From Macrostomum lignano (Eukaryota), in assembly GCA_002269645.1 (NCBI GenBank), contig NIVC01002089.1, forward strand, positions 124,001 to 188,000: a stretch of DNA of 64,000 nt, read 5' to 3'. Position 1 is the first letter of the stretch. Every line of letters starts with the position of its first letter. Position numbers and translations under genes: made by a program. Under the pieces are notes generated by a model. It made no database searches and was not told the DNA's origin. It saw only the letters and a list, made by a program, of their open reading frames with translations. Positions 57,247 through 64,000 of this stretch are shown piece after piece.

Positions 57247-57334
57247 AATATTTTATAGGGGCCGATTCTCAGCTGTTGTTTCTACTCATGCTGTCATCGA
57301 AGATGAGTTTGATAGTACTTTGGCTCTTTATATG

Positions 57335-57705
57335 GTCAGTGCTGACAGTGTGTGTCAGGAATGGGTCAGTGCTGACAGTGTGTGTCAGGAATGGGTCAGT
57401 GCTGACAGTGTGTGTCAGGAATGGGTCAGTGCTGACAATGTGTGTCAGGAATGGGTCAGTGCTGACAGTGTGTGTCAGGAATGGGTCAGTGCTGATAGTG
57501 TGTCAGGAATGGGTCAGTGCTGATAGTGTGTGTCAGGAATGGGTCAGTGCTGATAGTGTGTGTCAGGAATGGGTCAGTGCTGACAGTGTGTGTCAGGAAT
57601 GGGTCAGTGCTGATAGTGTGTCAGGAATGGGTCAGTGCTGACTGTGTGTCAGGAATGGGTCAGTGCTGACAGTGTGTGTCAGGAATGGGTCAGTAGTGAC
57701 GATCT
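57335..57705. repeat. 28-30-bp minisatellite (GGGTCAGTGCTGACAGTGTGTGTCAGGAAT) downstream of the LNX stop
   Basis: About 12 copies. Confidence 0.93.
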
Positions 57706-58479
57706 GGGTCAGGAATTTCACGTGTGAGTTTCAGTACTCAAAGATCCCTATTTTCGATCCCTTTATGCTTTTATTAATAACATTTTATGCTCTGTTTATT
57801 ATTGATCTTCATAGAACGCAGGCACTCATTTCGCGGCATTCATCAGCTGCATAAAGTCAAAATTCATATCAGCTGCAATGTAATACTATATAAAATATAA
57901 ATAACTTTTTCGAATATCTTAATTCCAGTTCAACTGTCAACATTAATTGCTGGATTTTTCAACACCCATATGGATATAAAATATATACTACTGCACAGGC
58001 ACACTTTTATTGCACTACTTACTAAGCTTTCTCAGCAAGTAGTATGAGCGAACATTTTCAATGTTACTTTTCTGCCTGAAGTTTTTCTATTCATAAGCGC
58101 TTGCTCCTGTGTGTACTCGGATCATGTCTCCATAACTATATTATAATTATTTTTGTCTCATCGAATCCCAGTGTGTTCCCAGCATTCTTCCATTTTTCAA
58201 CAATGTACGTCCATTGTCCATGTAAAACACAGACAGACCTCGCTTCTTTCACACCGCGTGTGTTTTCTGTCAGGTCACTTTGTGACGTGACTGCTTTGTG
58301 TGTTGCTATATACTTGGTAACTCGCTTTTTATAAGCTGTCAGTGAGCCGGGATCCTGATTACCTCCATTGCTTCAGGTAGCTGGTTTGATTGCGCCTCTG
58401 ATAGTGCCGCCTTGCACCGGGGTGCTCTTTATTGACTGGGATTTTATTGACTAGGATTCCTGACTGCCTTTATGATCTC

Positions 58480-58745
58480 TCCTCCTCTCCTCTCCCCTCT
58501 CCTCTCTCCTCCTCTCCTCTCCCCTCCTCTCCCCTCCTCTCCCCTCCTCTCCTCTCTCCTCCTCTCCTCTCCCTCCTCTCCTCTCCCCTCCTCTCCTCTC
58601 CCCTCCTCTCCTCCTCTCCTCCTCTCCTCTCCTCTCCTCTCCTCTCCCCTCCTCTCCTCTCTCCTCCTCCTCTCCTCCTCTCCTCCTCTCCTCTCCTCTC
58701 CTCTCCTCTCCTCTCCTCTCCCCTCCCCTCCTCTCCTCCCCCATT
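58480..58745. repeat. (CTCTC)n polypyrimidine tract
   Basis: Seen directly. Confidence 0.93.
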
Positions 58746-60139
58746 ACTATCAGGAGTCAGGACATCTAACAATAGTTCCGCTTTTAGTATAAGTGATTTT
58801 GTTTTTCCAGTTTGTGAATGTAAAACCTTTAAAATTGTTCCAATTTTTCAGTCAGCTGCACTGTGTGTTCTCACGAGTATCTGTGAGCACTGTATAACCA
58901 AGCCCTCATTGATGCTATTTAAATCTTCTCTCTTAGTAGAACTGAGCCATCATTTTCAAGAAGCACTTAAGGCACCCCGCTGAGTTCGTATTGTATCGGT
59001 GCCAATTTTATTAGGATTCATTTTAACAAAACTACTGGCGTGCTAAAATAACAATTTAAACAGTAGTGTTTTTATTGCAATATTACTTACTTACTGTTTG
59101 CAGTAGTGAGTTTTGTAGTAATATACGACACATGTGTTTAATATTTTGTGCAATTTTTTCTGGGTTTTTATGCGTGTCTTTTACTTCTGTATTTGCTCGG
59201 ATGTGCAATGCGACTGAAAACAGTGCTAATACTGCCATAAAAAATTTTGAGTTTCAAAAAGCCTTCAGCCTAATTTTTTGTAAACCTACTATAAGTAGTC
59301 TATAACCTGAAATGCTCTTGCGTACAGCTGTTCAATAAATATGAAACGAATTTTCATGCTTTATTCATGATGATAATGATTTCTGCTTATCTGCATATAT
59401 AATTATATTTTAACTCTACAATATATACTACTGAATACCGTTTTTGCATATTTATTCAGTTTTCAAGAAAAAACTTTTTTTATTAATAGCAATTTGAGCG
59501 AATTTTTCTATTGCTTTTTTTCTGCCTACTAGTTAAGAAGAGGAGACGAGTTGAGAAACACAAATTAAAGTAGTAAGGCTTTTAGTTTAGGCAAAAGGTT
59601 TATAGATTGACGATATGTAGCGTAGAAAACATTTTAAGAGGAAATTTTAATAATTTTCTGCAATAAACTTTATTGCTCTGAAATTCCCGATGGCCTCACC
59701 ACCAGACATGTCATTGCAATGTAGCGTGTAATCGAGACTTGAATTTCCGATATGTAGTGTAAATAACTTTACACACTATTGAAAGACCCTGGGTGGAAGT
59801 TCAGTTGATTCGCCGATGTTTAGACTAAAATTGTTGCTAGCTGTATGGACATTTAGTCACTTTCCTTTCCAGTTGCAATTAGTTATTAAGAAAAATGTCT
59901 ATTGTTTTTTGTGCTTAGCAATTACCCACTGGCTGCGAGATTACAGGGGGCTGGCTTGAGAGATGGCATATCAATTATTGAATTTTCTGCAGCCGTGCGC
60001 GGCCTTTCTGCTAATTGCGTCACGTGATCTGCCTGATGACTGCGCTGCGCGACTGTCTGTTCAGCTGCCGCATGCGCGAGTCTGTGGGAAATCGGTTCAT
60101 TGTTGTGCAATTCAGTACAAATTGCAATTTCACCTTTAG

Positions 60140-60900
60140 TCAATAGGAGAGAAAGGGGTGGGAGATGGAGAGAGGGTGGGAGAGGGATGGGTAGGAAAGG
60201 AAGAGAGAGAGAGGGAGGCGTAGGAGAGGGAGAGAGTGGGAGAGGGAGATGGGTAGGAGATGGAGAGAGGGAGAGAGGGAGATGGGTAGGAGATGGAGAG
60301 AGGGAGATGGGTAGGAGATGGAGAGAGGGAGATGGGTAGGAGATGGAGAGAGGGAGATGGGTAGGAGATGGAGAGAGGGAGATGGGTAGGAGATGGAGAG
60401 AGGGAGATGGGTAGGAGATGGAGAGAGGGAGATGGGTAGGAGATGGAGAGAGGGAGATGGGTAGGAGATGGAGAGAGGGAGATGGGTAGGAGGTGGAGAG
60501 AGGGAGATGGGTAGGAGATGGAGAGAGGGAGAGAGTGGAAGAGGGAGATGGGTAGGAGATGGGTAGGAGATGGAGAGAGGGAGAGAGTGGGAGAGGGAGA
60601 TGGGTAGGAGATGGAGAGAGGGAGATGGGTAGGAGATGGAGAGAGGGAGATGGGTAGGAGATGGAGAGGGAGAGGGAGATGGGTAGGAGAGGGAGGGAGG
60701 GGTAGGAGAGGGAGAGAGTGGGAGAGGGGTGGGAGAGGGAGAGAGGGGGAGGCATAGGAGAGGGAGAGAGGGGTGGGAGAGGGAGAGGAGGGGTAGGAGA
60801 GGGGTGGGAGATGAGGAGAGGGAGAGGGAAAGACGGGTAGGAGGAGGAGAGGGTGGAGAGTGAGGAGAATAGAGTTGAGAGGGAGTCGGATGGACAGGAG
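60140..60900. repeat. GA-rich array with a 25-bp core unit (AGGGAGATGGGTAGGAGATGGAGAG)
   Basis: The unit starts at 60301 and 60326; degenerate flanks. Confidence 0.9.
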
Positions 60901-61562
60901 GTGCACTGAGCCAGTACTATCTGCAGTACACAGCTGCTTTGAAAATTTCTCAATACCGATTCTGCGATTCTCGCCAGCTTCAAATCATAATTAATCCCCA
61001 TTGCATTAACCCGAGTGACGCATTTTCAGAGACAGGGAGAGATAGGAGGTCAGATTGGGGAGGATGAAACTCGAGGTGACAGACCGAGCGGTCCCGCCTG
61101 AGCTCAGCAGGTGAGACTACAGTAGGCAATGAAGAATACACACTGATCGCACTGGGATCTCTGAGCGGGGAAAGAGAAGGTCTTAAACACTCGTTCGTGT
61201 GTTGCTGCACGCTTTTCCTGTCTGTCTGCCTGTCCCTGTGTGTTTATTTGCCTGCTGGGCCAGGGACTTCAGCAGGGCTGAGTACGGAGAAAGCCACGGG
61301 CTGGAGACGCAGGTAGATGGGCGGGCAGGTTGAGTCTGGCTCTCTCATGAAGACTGTAATTTCTCCTCTGCAGGGCAGGCAGGGAGGGGAGCATCGAGCA
61401 GCATCCGAGACCACAGCTCAGCCAATCGCTGACAAGAGAGGCCTTAGCGACTGACCTTAGCTAGCTGGGTGAATTTCGTCCACTTTTTTGACATTCGCAT
61501 AGTCCTCGGCGCTTCACGCAGGTTTCATTGTTATCTCTCGGGGGCGAAGCTGACTGAGTCTG

Positions 61563-63602
61563 ATGGCGCACAAGCTGGTTGCTAGGCTGTCCAGTCAGTC
61601 GCATTCGACAGACCGCGACTTCAGCCCGAGCCGGGGCGACCCCGAGGACGACATTTTCGGCGTCGAAGATGAAGGCAACGACAATTGCTGCTGCAGCGAT
61701 AGCATGGGCGGTGAGAAATTCCCTGTTGCTGGGGCTGGGACTGGGAATTCCACTGTTACTGGGATTTGGAATTCCCCTGTTACTATGGCTGGGAATTCCC
61801 CTGTTACTATGGCTGGGAATTCCCCTGTTACAGGGACTGGGAATTCCCCTGTTCCTGGGGCTGGGAATTCCCCTGTTTCTGAGGCTTGGAATTCCCCTGT
61901 TACTGTGGCTGGGAATTCCCCTGTTGCTGAGGCTTGGAAATTTCCCCTGTTGCTGTGGCTGGGAATTCCCCTGTTGCTGTGGCTGGGAATTCCCCTGGTG
62001 CTGTGGCTGTGAATTCCCCTTTTGCTGGGACAGGGAATTCCCATGTTGCTGAGTCTTGACTAGACCCCCACCCCGCCGACCGTTCCAGACGATGAAGCCG
62101 ACCAACAAGCCTCGACCACAGAAACCTTCAACCTTGACGTATTCTCCAAGGAGTTCACCGACTCCAGAGTGTACCGTTCCATCGTTCAGGGAAATCTGGC
62201 GGGTTTGTACCACGCTGTGTACTGCCTTCGCGAGCCTGTCACGGTGATTGACACCAACTTCGGCGTGAACTACATCCACCTGGTGGTGACCACGGCCAGC
62301 CGGGAGACGCAGTTCACTTACGCGCCATTCGTCTACGCTCTGTCGAATTTTCGCGTCGACATCTGCCAGGAGGACGTCGGCGGCGATACGCCGTTGAAGC
62401 TGGCAATTCGCCGGGGACTCGTCGAGCTGGTCCGGGCTGTGCTCCGCTGTGGTGCCCCGCCGCCGGATCCTGCGGACTCCGAGATGCAGCCGAGCCTTGC
62501 TAACGATACTGAAGAATCTGCAACTAATGCTACCGCTGTTAAAACTGTTTGCGAAGATTTCCAACCGGGCCTGTGGGCAGCGGTGGCAGCTGCGGATTAC
62601 TTTCTGGTCGATCGCCTCGTCAGCAGCTGGTGCCGGGTCCGCATTGCCAAGCAGGGAGAGAGCCTTATCAGCTTTGCCCGGCGGTTGGAGACCGGGAGCC
62701 TGGTATGATAAATGTGTTGGGTTGGCTGGTTTCAAGTGTCTAGAATGGGGTGGTGGGTGTGGAGTGTCTAGAATGGGGTGTTGGGTGAGGAGAGTGTCTA
62801 GAATGGGGTGGTGGGTGTGGAGAGTGTCTAGAATGGGGTGGTGGGCGTGGAGAGTGTCTAGAATGGGGTGGTGGGCGTGGAGAGTGTCTAGAATGGGGTG
62901 GTGGGTGTGGAGAGTGTCTAGAATGGGGTGGTGGGTGTGGAGAGTGTCTAGAATGGGGTGGTGGGTGTGGAGAGTGTCTAGAATGGGATGGTGGATGTGG
63001 AGAGTGTCTAGAATGGAATCCATTTTAAGTCTATTTTCAGTGACTAACCCAGACTGCACCCACTTCATTCAAACCTCCAGATTGTGGACCTCCTCGAGAG
63101 CAGCCGACCAACTCTGGAGTTTGTCCACGCCACCCTGGCTGGCGATCGCCGCAAGATGCTGGAACTGCTGGACAACAAAAATGTCAACGCCGATACCTTC
63201 GACCGGAGCTACCGACCGAACGCCGGGGCGCCGTGTCAGCCGCGGTCGCTCAAAGCTGCAGCCACCGAGCTCAAGCACTACCACGTGCTCCAACTGCTGC
63301 CTGATCCGAAGAAAGGCAAGCAGCAGCAGCAGCTGCCCGCCGCGATGCTGGAGCTGCGGCACCGTCCGCACCATCAAAAATACTATCAGCACCACCAGCA
63401 GCTGCTGCAGCAGCATCGCCTGCTGGGCGGCAAAGGAGCCGCATTAGCCGCAGTGGCCGCCTCCTCTGCCGGGGCTGCAGCGGGCGGAGCCGCCGCCAGT
63501 CCGCTGGCTGCCGCGGCCGCGGCTGCCGCCGCCGTCTCAGCTGGCGAAGATCATCAGAGTCCTCTGCGGCGGGCGACCTCTGCAGTGTGCCGTGTGATGT
63601 GA
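61563..63602 (+). CDS. Uncharacterised ankyrin-repeat protein with a C-terminal CaaX-like motif, 3 coding exons
   Basis: Exons are 61563..61710 (donor G|GTGAGA), 62089..62702 (acceptor TTCCAG; donor CTG|GTATGA) and 63081..63602; the phases are consistent. An ankyrin consensus is seen in [25 protein letters not shown] and GVNYIHLVV. The protein ends SAVCRVM*. Confidence 0.75.
61730..62045. repeat. 24-bp minisatellite (GGGAATTCCCCTGTTACTGTGGCT) filling ankyrin-gene intron 1
   Basis: About 12 copies; each contains the palindrome GGGAATTCCC. Confidence 0.92.
62735..63015. repeat. 30-bp minisatellite (GGAGAGTGTCTAGAATGGGGTGGTGGGTGT) filling ankyrin-gene intron 2
   Basis: About 9 copies. Confidence 0.93.
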
Positions 63603-63603
63603 C

Positions 63604-63915
<312 letters not shown>

Positions 63916-64000
63916 GTTAGTTTCTGTCTGTCTGTTTGATTGTTTGTCACCTTGCGTGTCCCCAGTACAGCACCAGCCCTCAAAACAACTGATTTCTAAG

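Noticed and set aside
59922-63068. Long minus-strand ORFs 59922..61001 and 61461..63068
   Set aside because: They are composed of a GA-rich array, or are antisense shadows of GC-rich ankyrin exons plus repeat-filled introns.

Overview
Animal genomic DNA, not prokaryotic. It has GC-rich spliced exons with poly-Q/poly-A tracts, AT-rich intergenic DNA and very dense tandem repeats. By inference it resembles a free-living flatworm such as Macrostomum; the species cannot be confirmed from sequence alone. Seven protein-coding genes could be reconstructed by hand: SKP1 (+), two tandem universal-stress-protein (USP) paralogs (-), FAM32A (-), NOB1 (+), an LNX1/2-type RING-ZnF-4xPDZ E3 ligase (+, 11 exons) and an ankyrin-repeat protein ending in a CaaX-like motif (+). 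Mobile DNA comprises a near full-length LINE (PHD ORF1, APE-RT-CCHC ORF2) whose RT segment is internally inverted, a 5'-truncated relative, two copies of a hAT-type MITE, Helitron-like non-autonomous elements and a 1.64-kb foldback element. Four patterns stand out. (1) Thirteen of 17 reconstructed introns are filled by their own, mutually unrelated tandem repeat. (2) One MITE copy shows strongly directional CpG->TpA and CpA->TpA decay, reminiscent of fungal RIP, within a TpA-rich domain. (3) A 2.3-kb satellite has a monomer that looks like a Helitron 3' terminator (GC hairpin + CTAG). (4) A long intronic foldback hairpin lies in the LNX gene. All exon boundaries, counts and copy numbers are manual and approximate.
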